Shown one piece after another: positions 10,660 to 20,621 of a stretch of 64,000 nucleotides of DNA. The stretch comes from an uncultured Bacilli bacterium (GTDB taxonomy: Bacteria > Bacillota_I > Bacilli_A > RF39 > UBA660). The notes under the pieces were generated by a model. The model did not search any database and had not been told where the DNA came from. It was given only the letters and a program-made list of their open reading frames with translations. The stretch lies in contig CALVOV010000006.1 of NCBI GenBank assembly GCA_944350385.1, forward strand, positions 3,213 to 67,212, read 5' to 3'. Within the stretch, counting starts at the first letter, position 1; each line of letters opens with the position of its first letter. The translations under genes were made by a program, and so were the position numbers.

Positions 10660-10716
10660 CTCTAATATAATTTTACTTGATTAGTCTTTTATTTTCAAAT
10701 TATTATCGTATAAATT

Positions 10717-10751
10717 AAAAAAGTTATTTTAATCACTTAAAATAACTTTTT
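10717..10751 (-). terminator. Intrinsic terminator
   Basis: AAAAAGTTATTTTA...TAAAATAACTTTTT inverted repeat after the hydrolase stop codon. Confidence 0.65.
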
Positions 10752-10760
10752 ATAATACAT

Positions 10761-11744
10761 TTATTTTAAATTTTTATTAAAAAAGTCTTCGATCTTGTCA
10801 AATGGAATTACATCTAAATTATCGTATAGATCAGTATGAACAGCATTTGGAATAAGCATTAATTCTTTATTATCAGTATACTTACTATTTTTTATCATAT
10901 TTTGATAAGCATCTTTTCCCATATAGCAAGAGTGAGCTTTTTCACCATGTATAATTAAAACTGCACTTCTTATTTCATTAGAATAGTTAAGTATTGGCTG
11001 ATTAATAAATGACATACAGCCTATTTTATTCCAACCACTATTAGAATTTAGGCTTCTTTTGTGATAAGCTCTGCCTTTATAATACTCAGAATAATCTTTA
11101 ACAAAGAATGGTGATTCTTCAGGAACTGGTAATTCTAAGCATCCACCGGCTTTTTCATATACATTATTTAAATAATCCTTAGTTCTTTGATTGTTTAATG
11201 CCTCTTTTGTCTTATATCTTGCCTCTTCGCTATCATTTTCATCAAAATAACCTTTGGCATTTATTCTAGACATATCATACATTGTTGATACGACGGTTGC
11301 TTTAATTCTAGTATCTAGAGCTGCAGTATTTAGAGCTAAACCACCCCAACCACAAATTCCAATGATACCAATTTTTTCTATATCTACATTTTCTTGTGTT
11401 GATAAAAAGTCAATAGAAGCTTGAAAATCTTCGGTATTGATATCGGGACTAGCCATATCTCTAATAACTCCGCCGCTTTCTCCAGTAAATGATGGATCAA
11501 AAGCAATTGTTAGGAAACCTCTTTCAGCCATTTTTTGAGCATATAGTCCACTACATTGCTCTTTAACTGCTCCAAATGGTCCGCATACAGAAAGTGCTCT
11601 CAATTTTCCTGTATAATTTTTTGGTTCATACAAATCAGCAACTAAAGTTATTCCGTAACGATTATGAAATGTTACTTTTCTGTGATTTACTTTATCACTT
11701 TTAGGAAATGTCTTATCCCATTCTTCAACTAATTTTTCTTGCAT
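10761..11744 (-). CDS. Alpha/beta hydrolase (YcjY/dienelactone-hydrolase-like, Cys nucleophile)
   Basis: GPFGAVKEQ, FDPSFTGESGG, GICGWGG nucleophile elbow and HTDLYD. Confidence 0.85.
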   Translation of the reverse strand: MQEKLVEEWDKTFPKSDKVNHRKVTFHNRYGITLVADLYEPKNYTGKLRALSVCGPFGAVKEQCSGLYAQKMAERGFLTIAFDPSFTGESGGVIRDMASPDINTEDFQASIDFLSTQENVDIEKIGIIGICGWGGLALNTAALDTRIKATVVSTMYDMSRINAKGYFDENDSEEARYKTKEALNNQRTKDYLNNVYEKAGGCLELPVPEESPFFVKDYSEYYKGRAYHKRSLNSNSGWNKIGCMSFINQPILNYSNEIRSAVLIIHGEKAHSCYMGKDAYQNMIKNSKYTDNKELMLIPNAVHTDLYDNLDVIPFDKIEDFFNKNLK

Positions 11745-11815
11745 TTTATCATCCTTTCTTCTACTAACTACATTACTATCTTATAAAATTAATATTAAAA
11801 TAGCAAGCATTTCTA

Positions 11816-12709
11816 TTAGTGATGATGGTGATGTTGTTCTTGAGAAACACTTGGTTTTATATTACATTCTTTTTTATCACAAGCATCTTTTTTATCTTCT
11901 ATTTCTATAGTACTATGAACGATTCCTAACTCTTCCATCTCTTCTCTAATTTCTTTTTTTAATTCACTAATATTTTTACTATCAGTTACAACATGCATTG
12001 TTGAATAATTAGTATTTCCGTCTATGCTCCATACATGAATATGATGAACATCTAAAACACCTTTTGCTTCTCCTATATGACGCTTTATTTCATCTATAGA
12101 AATATTATTAGGAATTTTTTCTAAAAATAAATCCAAAATATCTTTTAAATTTTTGAATGAATTTATTAATATGAAACTTGCTACTCCAATTGACATTATT
12201 GAATCAATTAAACTAATATCTGTAAATTTCATTAGGATAGCTCCTATTAAAACAACTATCCAACCTAAAACATCTTCTAACATATGTAGATTTACAGCTT
12301 TTTGATTTATAGAATCTCCTTCTCTTGTTGAATAAGCTGCTAAGAAGTTAATAATTACTCCTAATATTGCAAAAATAATCATACCATTGTAATTTATTTC
12401 AACAGGTGAAAATACTCTTTTAATACCACCTATTATTACAAAAATAGATCCTAGTGTTAAAATAATTGTAGTTATTAAGGCTCCTAATATTGAATATCTA
12501 ACATAACCATAGGTATAAATTTCATCTGGTTTTCTTTTGCTAATTTTTTCTAGAATGTAAGATATTCCAATACTTAAAGCATCTCCAAAGTCATGGATAG
12601 CATCAGACATAATAGAAATGCTATTTGTGAAAAATCCGCCAATTAACTCTATAATAGAAAAAGCTAAATTTAAAATAAACGCTACTAAAATATTTTTTTC
12701 TGTTTTCAT
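11816..12709 (-). CDS. czcD: Cation diffusion facilitator (CzcD-like Zn/Co/Cd exporter)
   Basis: SDAIHDFGD and LHMLEDVLGW transport-site motifs, DVHHIHVWS, C-terminal HHHHH. Confidence 0.85.
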   Translation of the reverse strand: MKTEKNILVAFILNLAFSIIELIGGFFTNSISIMSDAIHDFGDALSIGISYILEKISKRKPDEIYTYGYVRYSILGALITTIILTLGSIFVIIGGIKRVFSPVEINYNGMIIFAILGVIINFLAAYSTREGDSINQKAVNLHMLEDVLGWIVVLIGAILMKFTDISLIDSIMSIGVASFILINSFKNLKDILDLFLEKIPNNISIDEIKRHIGEAKGVLDVHHIHVWSIDGNTNYSTMHVVTDSKNISELKKEIREEMEELGIVHSTIEIEDKKDACDKKECNIKPSVSQEQHHHHH

Positions 12710-12718
12710 AAATTCCCC

Positions 12719-13012
12719 TTATTGATTAAATTTTTTGAATAAACCAATTAATTCATTAATAGTTTCTGTATTTTTATCTTTCAACTCTTTAGTAACACAT
12801 TTTTGTAAGTGACTTTCTAATATAAAATTAGACAAGCTCTTTACTGATTTTTCAACGGCTACAGTTTGAATTAATATATCATTACATTCAAAATCATTAT
12901 TAATCATTTTTTCGATTCCAGATATTTGACCTTTAATACGATTGATTCTATTAGTGATTAACTTTTTTTCTTCTTCTGTTCTAATTGTTTGTTTATTTTT
13001 TTCTTTTTTCAT
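12719..13012 (-). CDS. CsoR/RcnR-family metal-sensing repressor
   Basis: NRINRIKGQISGI, C-x-DILIQ and HLQKC give a C-H-C fingerprint. Start moved to ATG 13012 (GGTGA RBS) because the track's start at 13057 lies in the -35 box. Confidence 0.85.
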   Translation of the reverse strand: MKKEKNKQTIRTEEEKKLITNRINRIKGQISGIEKMINNDFECNDILIQTVAVEKSVKSLSNFILESHLQKCVTKELKDKNTETINELIGLFKKFNQ

Positions 13013-13027
13013 TTTATCACCATGTCC

Positions 13028-13057
13028 ATTATATACCCTGCTGGGTATATTAAGCAA
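13028..13057 (-). promoter_or_regulatory. SigA promoter with CsoR-type operator in the spacer
   Basis: TTGCTT, 18 nt, TATAAT. The perfect inverted repeat ATATACCC-tgct-GGGTATAT (13031-13050) resembles the TACCC-N4-GGGTA CsoR box. Confidence 0.8.
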
Positions 13058-13207
13058 GATAAAAAAATCATTTTTTCAAATGACTTTTAATTATTTTTTT
13101 TAATTTTAAATTATCTGGAAAAAGTTTCTACTCTTCCAGCTACTTTGTAATAGTCATGATTTTTATTATCCATACTTATATTATAGTATATTTAAATATA
13201 TTTAAAA

Positions 13208-13236
13208 TAAAAAAAGAAGTTCGAATCGAACTTCTT
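13208..13236 (-). terminator. Intrinsic terminator after the SDR gene
   Basis: AAGAAGTTCG-aat-CGAACTTCTT hairpin followed by a T run on the minus strand. Confidence 0.8.
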
Positions 13237-13239
13237 ATA

Positions 13240-14010
13240 TTACATTGCTGAGTATCCACCATCTATATATAATTGTGCACCAGTTACGAATTTAGCTTCA
13301 TCACTAGCCAAATATAAGCAACCATATGCAACATCAATTGGTTCTCCAGCATGACCAATTGGATGTTTCTCACTCATTAATTTTTCATATGCTGGTAAAC
13401 CACCTTCCATTCTAGAACCTAATTCTTTAACAAGTGGTGTCATTATTGTCCCAGGATGAATTGAATTTACTCTAATATTGTTTTTAGCATAGCTGATAGC
13501 ATCTTGTCTAGTCATAGCAAATACTGCACCTTTTGCTGCATGATATGGTGTTAATTCATGAGCTCCTAAAGTTCCATAAATACTTGATAAATTTACAATA
13601 CTACCTTTTTGATTCTTTAACATATAAGGAACTACGTATTTAGTACAATAGAAAACACCTTTAACATCTACATTAAATACTTGATCCCATTCAGCAACTG
13701 TTAATTCATGAGTCTTTTTATCTACTCCTGTAATTCCAGCATTATTAATTAAGATATCAATTTTTCCAAATGTTGCTGCAACTTCATCTACTGCTTGTCT
13801 TACATTTTCTTCATTTGAAACATCAACTTTCCAAAACTTTGCTACCCCACCATTAGCGATAATATCGTTAACTGTTTGCATGCCGTTTTGTTCGTTAACT
13901 TCAAATACTGCTACTGCACATCCTTCTTTTGCAAAAAGGATACTTGTTTCTCTACCCATTCCTGCTCCAGCTCCAGTTACAATAGCTACTTTATTTTTTA
14001 ATCTGTCCAT
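13240..14010 (-). CDS. Classical short-chain dehydrogenase/reductase
   Basis: TGAGAGMG, NNAG, catalytic S...YHAAK, IRVNSIHPG and DGGY. Confidence 0.92.
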   Translation of the reverse strand: MDRLKNKVAIVTGAGAGMGRETSILFAKEGCAVAVFEVNEQNGMQTVNDIIANGGVAKFWKVDVSNEENVRQAVDEVAATFGKIDILINNAGITGVDKKTHELTVAEWDQVFNVDVKGVFYCTKYVVPYMLKNQKGSIVNLSSIYGTLGAHELTPYHAAKGAVFAMTRQDAISYAKNNIRVNSIHPGTIMTPLVKELGSRMEGGLPAYEKLMSEKHPIGHAGEPIDVAYGCLYLASDEAKFVTGAQLYIDGGYSAM

Positions 14011-14114
14011 ATTTATATCTCCTATTCTATTATTTATTACAATTATACTATAGCACAGACTGAGCTAGTTGTCTATTTTTTGTGTAAAGAGATAGTAAAC
14101 AAAATAATTACTTT

Positions 14115-15041
14115 TTAAATAATAATTAAATAATAGTAATAGCAAATAAATAGCAAAATCATTATTATGCCCTCAATTCTACTTATTGCTTTTTCACTAC
14201 AACTTACAAAATAAAACATTAGTGCTGATACAAAAACTATGAATAAATCTAAATAGTTAAAAGCATAGCTTTGAATATTACCATATATTAATATAGGTAA
14301 ACCTAAGACAATACAAACATTAAATATATTGGTTCCTATTATATTTCCTATTGCCATATCAAACTCACCCTTTTTAGCTGATGTTAGAGTAATCATTAAT
14401 TCAGGTAGAGATGTTCCTATTACTATTAGAAACATAGAAATTATTTTTGTTTCTATATTAATTTTTTCTGATAAATATAGTGCTGAATTTACAATCATCT
14501 CACTAGATATAACTATTATAATGAGTGAAATTATAGTTAAAATAATGGATTTTATTTTACTTATTTTTTTATAGTCTTCTTCTATTTTATGAAATCTTTT
14601 TATAGTTCTATATAAGTAAATACAAAATATAATAAATAAAATAATTAAAACGATAGCATCGTTTCTTGATAGTTCATTATCTAAAAATAATAAGCAAAAA
14701 GTTCCCGTAATAGCTGTTAATAATGGCAATTCTTTTACTATTGTAACTCTTGTTACTTTAACTGGCTTAATGATACTAGCACATCCAACAATCAATAAAA
14801 TATTTACAATACAACTTCCTATAACGTTAGCCAGCGTTAAATCATAATTATTAGAACTAATACTGTTAAAAGATATAGCAAGCTCTGGAGCACATGTACA
14901 AAATGATGCAATTGTCAAAGCTATAACCATTTTTGGTACTTTAAAACTAGTTGCTAAATTAGAAGCACTAGCAACAAATAAGTCTGAGGATATTATTATC
15001 AAAATTAAACCAATAATAAATAGAAAAGTATTTAATATCAT
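14115..15041 (-). CDS. Calcium/sodium antiporter (CaCA, YrbG-like)
   Basis: Two alpha repeats (TCAPELA...NVIGSCIVN; GTSLPELM...GNIIGTNIFN); about 10 TM helices. Confidence 0.88.
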   Translation of the reverse strand: MILNTFLFIIGLILIIISSDLFVASASNLATSFKVPKMVIALTIASFCTCAPELAISFNSISSNNYDLTLANVIGSCIVNILLIVGCASIIKPVKVTRVTIVKELPLLTAITGTFCLLFLDNELSRNDAIVLIILFIIFCIYLYRTIKRFHKIEEDYKKISKIKSIILTIISLIIIVISSEMIVNSALYLSEKINIETKIISMFLIVIGTSLPELMITLTSAKKGEFDMAIGNIIGTNIFNVCIVLGLPILIYGNIQSYAFNYLDLFIVFVSALMFYFVSCSEKAISRIEGIIMILLFICYYYYLIII

Positions 15042-15177
15042 TTAATACTCCTTTTATGTTATTCTATAATAAAATTATATCAATCATTTATTTTTTATTA
15101 AAGAAAAAAATTGGAATTAATTAACCAATTTTTTAATTTTTACTTTAATAATTTTGTTTTTCAAATTCAAAAGTTTA

Positions 15178-16068
15178 TTAATTTAATTCAATAAGTTCAT
15201 ATTTTCTACTTCCTAAGCCCAATTCTTCGGCATAAGGTAAAATATGTCTGCCTAATTGTCTGTCAATTCTTTCTTGTAATTTTTTAGCTCCTGGATCATT
15301 TGAGTTCCAAACCATATCAATAAAGGCTTGATCATTAGCAACAGGATCAAGGGAAGCAATAATTCCTAAATCGGTCATTACTGGATCTGTTTGATTACAA
15401 TCGCAATCACAATCTACTGATAGGAAATTCATAACTGTTATATATGCTATTTTTTTTCCATTATCTTTAAAGTAATCTGCTACTGCTTTAGCTGATTCTG
15501 CCATTGATTCTATAAAATCTTTTTGTTCATATTTAACAGTCCAAGCTTTATCTGGATCTTCTGTTTGACCACAACTATGAATATAAGCTTTACCATTGCG
15601 AGATGCAACACCTATCGATTGATTCTTTAAATTAGCTCCAAATCCACCCATGGCATGTCCTTTTCCATGAGCTAAGTTAAGCATTGAATCATAATTATCT
15701 AAATGTGTACCAACTAAATTATATTTTAAATGCTTACCATTTTTTACTGGTATTTTCTTTTCACCTTCAGAATCCATAATATCTACATCAGCAAAAGAAG
15801 TAAATCCATGTTCTTCAGCAACTTTCATATGATCTTCTACTGTGTTTCTCTTTCCAGGATATGCTGTATTACATTCTATTATCGTTCCATTTAATCTTTT
15901 AACTAATGGTCCAATTAAATCGGCCTTTAAGTAGCCTCTTGAACCAGCTTCTCCTGTTGAAACTTTAACACCAACTTTTCCGTCTAAATTAATTCCTAAT
16001 GCTTCATAAATTTTAATTAAATTTTCAGGTGTAATTTTTTTTATAAAATAAACTTTTGATTTTTCCAT
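15178..16068 (-). CDS. DUF362-family Fe-S protein
   Basis: VKVSTGE, ECNTAY, HGKGHAMGGFGANLKN, CDCDC and SLDPVAND. Confidence 0.82.
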   Translation of the reverse strand: MEKSKVYFIKKITPENLIKIYEALGINLDGKVGVKVSTGEAGSRGYLKADLIGPLVKRLNGTIIECNTAYPGKRNTVEDHMKVAEEHGFTSFADVDIMDSEGEKKIPVKNGKHLKYNLVGTHLDNYDSMLNLAHGKGHAMGGFGANLKNQSIGVASRNGKAYIHSCGQTEDPDKAWTVKYEQKDFIESMAESAKAVADYFKDNGKKIAYITVMNFLSVDCDCDCNQTDPVMTDLGIIASLDPVANDQAFIDMVWNSNDPGAKKLQERIDRQLGRHILPYAEELGLGSRKYELIELN

Positions 16069-16310
16069 AATTAATCGCTCCTTTTTCTTTATATTAATTT
16101 GCTATTCTTATTATATACTGGTTCTAATCAAACCTTTTTTTGTATTTAAATCAACAAATATTTGGACATATCTTTACCTAATTGCTGTCACTATGTAAAC
16201 TTTATTTCGATTATATATTTTATTTTCACTTTGTGTCAATATTCAATAAAATAAATCTATTAATAAACTTATAGTTTTTCTTTATCAATTTTATGCTCTT
16301 AAACTTCTGC

Positions 16311-16345
16311 AAAAAAGTAATTGTATTCTTAATTACAATTACTTT
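16311..16345 (-). terminator. Intrinsic terminator
   Basis: AAAAGTAATTGTA...TACAATTACTTTT hairpin downstream of the surface-protein gene. Confidence 0.7.
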
Positions 16346-16379
16346 TACTTAATATATAATTTTAATGATATTTTAGTTT

Positions 16380-18852
16380 TTAACTATTTTCATTCTCTTC
16401 AAATATTATAGCAGTTCCGTGATCTCCTAATTTATCTTGAATCCAAACTCTTGATTGTTCACTACTAACTAGAACCTCTAAATCTTCCATATGGGAAAAC
16501 ATATTTGTGCTCTTTGTAACTTTGTTAAATGTAGCGTTTTTAAAATTTAATTTTTTTAAATTTGGACAATAATAAAAAATATAACTAATATTGGTTACAT
16601 TAGAAGTGTAAAAGCTACTTAAATCTAATTCTGAACCATAAAATTGATAAAACATAGAACTCATATTGGTTACGTTTGAGGTATCAAAATTACTTAAATC
16701 TAAGGAATATGAACTATCATATTCTCTAAACATAGAACTCATATCTGTTACATTTGAGGTATTAAAACTACTCAAATCTAATGTGGAACCTTGAAATTGA
16801 TAAAACATAGAACGCATATTTGTTACGTTTGAAGTATCAAAATTTTTCAAATCTAATGGAGCTGAACTGCTATAGTTTGAAAACATAGAACTCATATTTG
16901 TTACATTCGAGGTGTCAAAATTACTTAAATCTAGATAAGAACCATTATAACCTGAAAACATAGCAGACATATTAGTTACTTTTGAGGTATCAAAGCTGCT
17001 TAAATTTAATTCATAAATATCGCAGCTTAGAAACATCCACTCCATATTAGTTACTTTTGAGGTATTAAAGTTACTCAAATCTAATGATTCAATTGCACCT
17101 AGTTTATAAAACATCGCATGCATATTCTTTACTTCTGATGTATCTAAGTATTCTAAGCCCTCAAGAGATTCTAATTTAGTAAAATTATAAAATAATCCTG
17201 AACTATCTTCGTTTGCTTCTATCTTTCCATTTCCTTGCATATAAATAGTATAAGTATTATTATCTTCATTTAATACTGCATACGCCATAACTGAGCCATC
17301 TTCTTCCGCTGAAATATCCCAAGATTCTACCGCGTTATCTATTGGGTCAAGCTCTTTTTGCAATACTATTTTTGTTGTTTTAATGCGATATGAATCTTTC
17401 CACATCTTGTTTCTATAAATTCTATTATTCCTTACATCAGTTGGCGTAGCTTGTAAAACAGATTTCACTTGATGTACTGTTCCATTCATGGAAATATTTA
17501 TGTCTATTTTTGACCATACTGCTCTAACTACTATATTGTTTCCATAAGATCGTATATAATCATCGCCTATAAACTCTGTGTCCTCTTTATTTACTACTTC
17601 CCATCCTTTGAATTGATAACCTTCACATGTTAAAGCTGCATCTTCTATGTGTATTGTATCAAATGTTGAATATTCCTTTGTTTTTGGTATATCTCCCTCT
17701 ATTGTACAACCATTTGGTACATTAGATTCATATATAATCTTGAAATTAGTGGATAATATAGGAGTTTCTGTACTGCTTATTTTTTCTTCTACTCCAGCAA
17801 TATTACTTAGTACCTCTTCTTTATTGTTTGTTTCAAATACTGATAAAACTTCTTTATATTCATCTTTTAAACTGATATCTATGGTCATCTGTGCTTTATT
17901 TCCAGCTAACATACTTGATAAATCCCAAATAATTTTTGAATTTTCTTCTAATTTAACATTTCCTTGCGATATAGCAATATCATTACTACTAGCTATTTCA
18001 AAATATTTAGTATTAATATAATCTGTTATTACTAATTCGTCATAACTAACAATAGGTAAGGCAACATCAATCAAAACATTATCTAATGTATTCATACTTG
18101 CAATATGTTGTTCATCACTAACCTTTTTTACATTATCTAATATTTTATCGCCCATTTCATATTAAATAGCTTTTATATTTAAATACTTGTATTTATCTTT
18201 TAAATATTGATATTGACCAATTTTATTTGGAGTATCTAAAGAAGGTTTACTATCTGTTAAGAATATCGCAACTAGTTCTTTATTTTCTTCTTTCTCATAA
18301 TCTTTCAATAATTCATCTAATTTTATAAAAGCTTGGTAGTAATTGGTACTACCAGTAGAACTTATGGATTGAACATATTATTTAATTCTGTTTTATTATT
18401 AGAAAAATTAGATAATATTTGTGAGGTAGAATTAAATGTAATAATAGATACTCTATTCTTACTTTTTTCTAACGATTTAGAAATTAAATTTATAGAAGCA
18501 TCTTTTACTTTTTGAAGTTTTTAAATTGACATAGAACTAGAATTATCTATCATTAAAATGATATCTGTATTGATATTGTCATTTAGGAATCTTTTTGTAT
18601 CAACATCAAATGTAATTCTAGCTTTTCCCTCCCAGTCCATCTAGCACTCTTATCTACTTTCCAAGATCCTTCTTCATTTTCTTCATAACTTAATTCTTTA
18701 GAAGAAAAAGTAATCTTTTCAATAGGAGCAGGGATAGCTAAAACATTACCTAGAAAAAGCAATCCAAAAGCACTAATTACTAGTACTACAATTAAGATAA
18801 ATTTATTTTTCAAAACGCTTTGTTTTATAAAATTCAAATAAATCACCTTCAA
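16380..18852 (-). pseudogene. Disrupted surface protein: signal/TM - vWA (MIDAS) - InlB B-repeat - DUF285/BspA repeats
   Basis: Hand translation joins ORFs 18583..18852 and 16380..18155 through a vWA domain (IDNSSSM...GSTNYYQA...FLTDS). The link has frameshifts near 18630 and 18372 and in-frame TAA stops at 18521-18523 and 18162-18164. Confidence 0.82.
16555..17150 (-). repeat. About 8 tandem 25-26 aa DUF285 (LDLSNFDTSNVTNMxxMF) repeats
   Basis: Directly visible 75-78 nt degenerate tandem units inside the 591-aa ORF. Confidence 0.9.
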
Positions 18853-19069
18853 TTTTAATTAATAAAATACAAATAAAAAAGTATAAAACAATCTATTTAC
18901 ACTTTCTATCCTATATAATATGATTTTATCATGATAAGCATCTTTTTACAATTATTTATTATGTGGATATTTGTAAAATAAAAATTTTGATTGTGTGAGG
19001 TGTTTTTATCATACTATCATATATTTAACTAAATCTTATATGAATTTAAATTTTAAATAAATTATTTTA

Positions 19070-19390
19070 TTAATTTTTGACTTTTCTAAATAGTTCTATT
19101 CAATTTTCTTTATATATAATTTGATTATTGTAATTTTTAATCATAGTAATTACTTCATCGATATCAAACCACTTAATTTCAGAAAGTTCTTATTGAAGTA
19201 TGAATTAGAAATTCATAATAAATTCGAAAAGAAATAATATTTTTTGAATCAATATCTATGCTCAATTCTTCCTCTTTTACATACAACAATAACACATTAA
19301 TCTTTTTTGGTATGTCCATCACTTGTTTGGATATTTTTTATTTGCATTTCTTTTTTAGCAGTTTTATTAATAAATTTTTCATTAATATAA
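19070..19390 (-). pseudogene. Decayed NUDIX hydrolase (Idi/YfcD-like)
   Basis: Fragments read KKYPNK..., GHTKKD*CVIVVCKR/EELSIDI (Nudix box GX5EX7RE..EEL with E replaced by TAA, plus a frameshift) and LQ*ELSEIKWFDIDEVITMIK. Confidence 0.62.
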
Positions 19391-19478
19391 CATGAATATA
19401 TCCTGCAAAATAAAGAAAAACTACTTTTCTCATTTTCTTTATTTAAACTATTATGTAGTCCAATAATAAACAATTTTT

Positions 19479-20576
19479 TTAGTTTGTATGCTTTGATATA
19501 TTTAAAAGTATTCCTATACTTAACATACTAATTAAAAGGGAACTTCCACCATAGGATAAAAATGGTAAAGTAACCCCCGTTACTGGTATTAAACCTACTA
19601 CAACACAAAGATTCATAATACTTTGAAAAATTATTTGAAATGTCATTCCAAAAGCTAAATATTTTGCAAATGGATCCTGCTGCTTATTAGATATTTTTAT
19701 ACCACGATATAATATTAGAGAAAAAAGGGCTGCTACTATAAAAGAACCAACTACTCCAAATTCTTCAGCAATTATTGAAAAAATAAAGTCTGTTTGGGGT
19801 TCTGGCAAATAAAAATGTTTTTGAATAGAATTCAAATATCCTGTACCAAATATTCCTTGCGGGCCAATTGCATATAAACTTTGAATTATTTGAAAACCAC
19901 TACCTAAAGCATCACTCCAAGGATCTAGGAAAGAAGTTATTCTAGCCATTCGATATGGTGCTATCAATATTAAAAAAATTATTCCAGTGATTCCAACAAT
20001 TCCTGCGATAAAGAAGAATTTTATATTTAGTCCAGCTATAAATAATAAGGAAACAATTGATACTAATAAAATAACTCCTGTTCCTAAATCCGGCTGAAGC
20101 ATGATTAATCCAAAGAAAATTAAAGTTACCAAGAGAATTGGGATGACACCTTTTATTGATGTTTTTGAAGTTATCTGCATTTTTGATAAATATTTACTTG
20201 TAAAAATTAATAAACCTAATTTAGCGGCTTCACTTGGTTGAATACCTAAGGAACCTATTCCAAACCAGGAACGACTACCATTTCTAATACTACCTATTCC
20301 TGGGATTAACACTAATATTAATAAAATAAGACAGCCTAATAGTATTTTACTGGCGTATTTATAATACAAATTATAATCAATCTTAGAAACAATATATAAC
20401 ACTACTATTCCAAAAATTAGAAAAACTGCCTGATATTTTAAATAATGAAAACTATCATTAAATTTATATTCTGCCCAAATAGAAGATGATGAATATACCA
20501 TCATTAAACCAAAAAGAGCTAAAGTAATTACAGAAAGCAATAAAATTTTATCAATTTTTTTGTGCATTTTCTTCAC
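19479..20576 (-). CDS. spoVE: SEDS peptidoglycan polymerase, sporulation type (stage V sporulation protein E)
   Basis: VYSSSSIWAEYKFNDSF, RNGSRSW..G...IQPSE, GSGFQIIQSLYA and YLPEPQTDFIF closely follow B. subtilis SpoVE; position is downstream of spoVD and mraY. Confidence 0.8.
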   Translation of the reverse strand: MKKMHKKIDKILLLSVITLALFGLMMVYSSSSIWAEYKFNDSFHYLKYQAVFLIFGIVVLYIVSKIDYNLYYKYASKILLGCLILLILVLIPGIGSIRNGSRSWFGIGSLGIQPSEAAKLGLLIFTSKYLSKMQITSKTSIKGVIPILLVTLIFFGLIMLQPDLGTGVILLVSIVSLLFIAGLNIKFFFIAGIVGITGIIFLILIAPYRMARITSFLDPWSDALGSGFQIIQSLYAIGPQGIFGTGYLNSIQKHFYLPEPQTDFIFSIIAEEFGVVGSFIVAALFSLILYRGIKISNKQQDPFAKYLAFGMTFQIIFQSIMNLCVVVGLIPVTGVTLPFLSYGGSSLLISMLSIGILLNISKHTN

Positions 20577-20621
20577 CTATTTAAGTATATTTTTTCAAAT
20601 AAAAAAAAGAACTTTTGTTCT

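Noticed and set aside
13113-13175. 20-codon minus-strand frame MDNKNHDYYKVAGRVETFSR, perhaps a gene remnant or leader peptide
   Set aside because: Too short, with no clear RBS and no convincing family match.
16555-17150. Regularly spaced repeats as a possible CRISPR array or DGR template
   Set aside because: The repeats are in-frame, degenerate at codon third positions and encode DUF285 units; no cas or reverse transcriptase gene is present.
18162-18523. Stop-codon reassignment or programmed read-through in the vWA segment
   Set aside because: TAA is the normal stop for most genes here and the segment also has frameshifts, so decay is the simpler explanation.
18962-18970. DnaA-box-like TGTGGATAT
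   Set aside because: A single mismatched copy with no cluster and no dnaA context.
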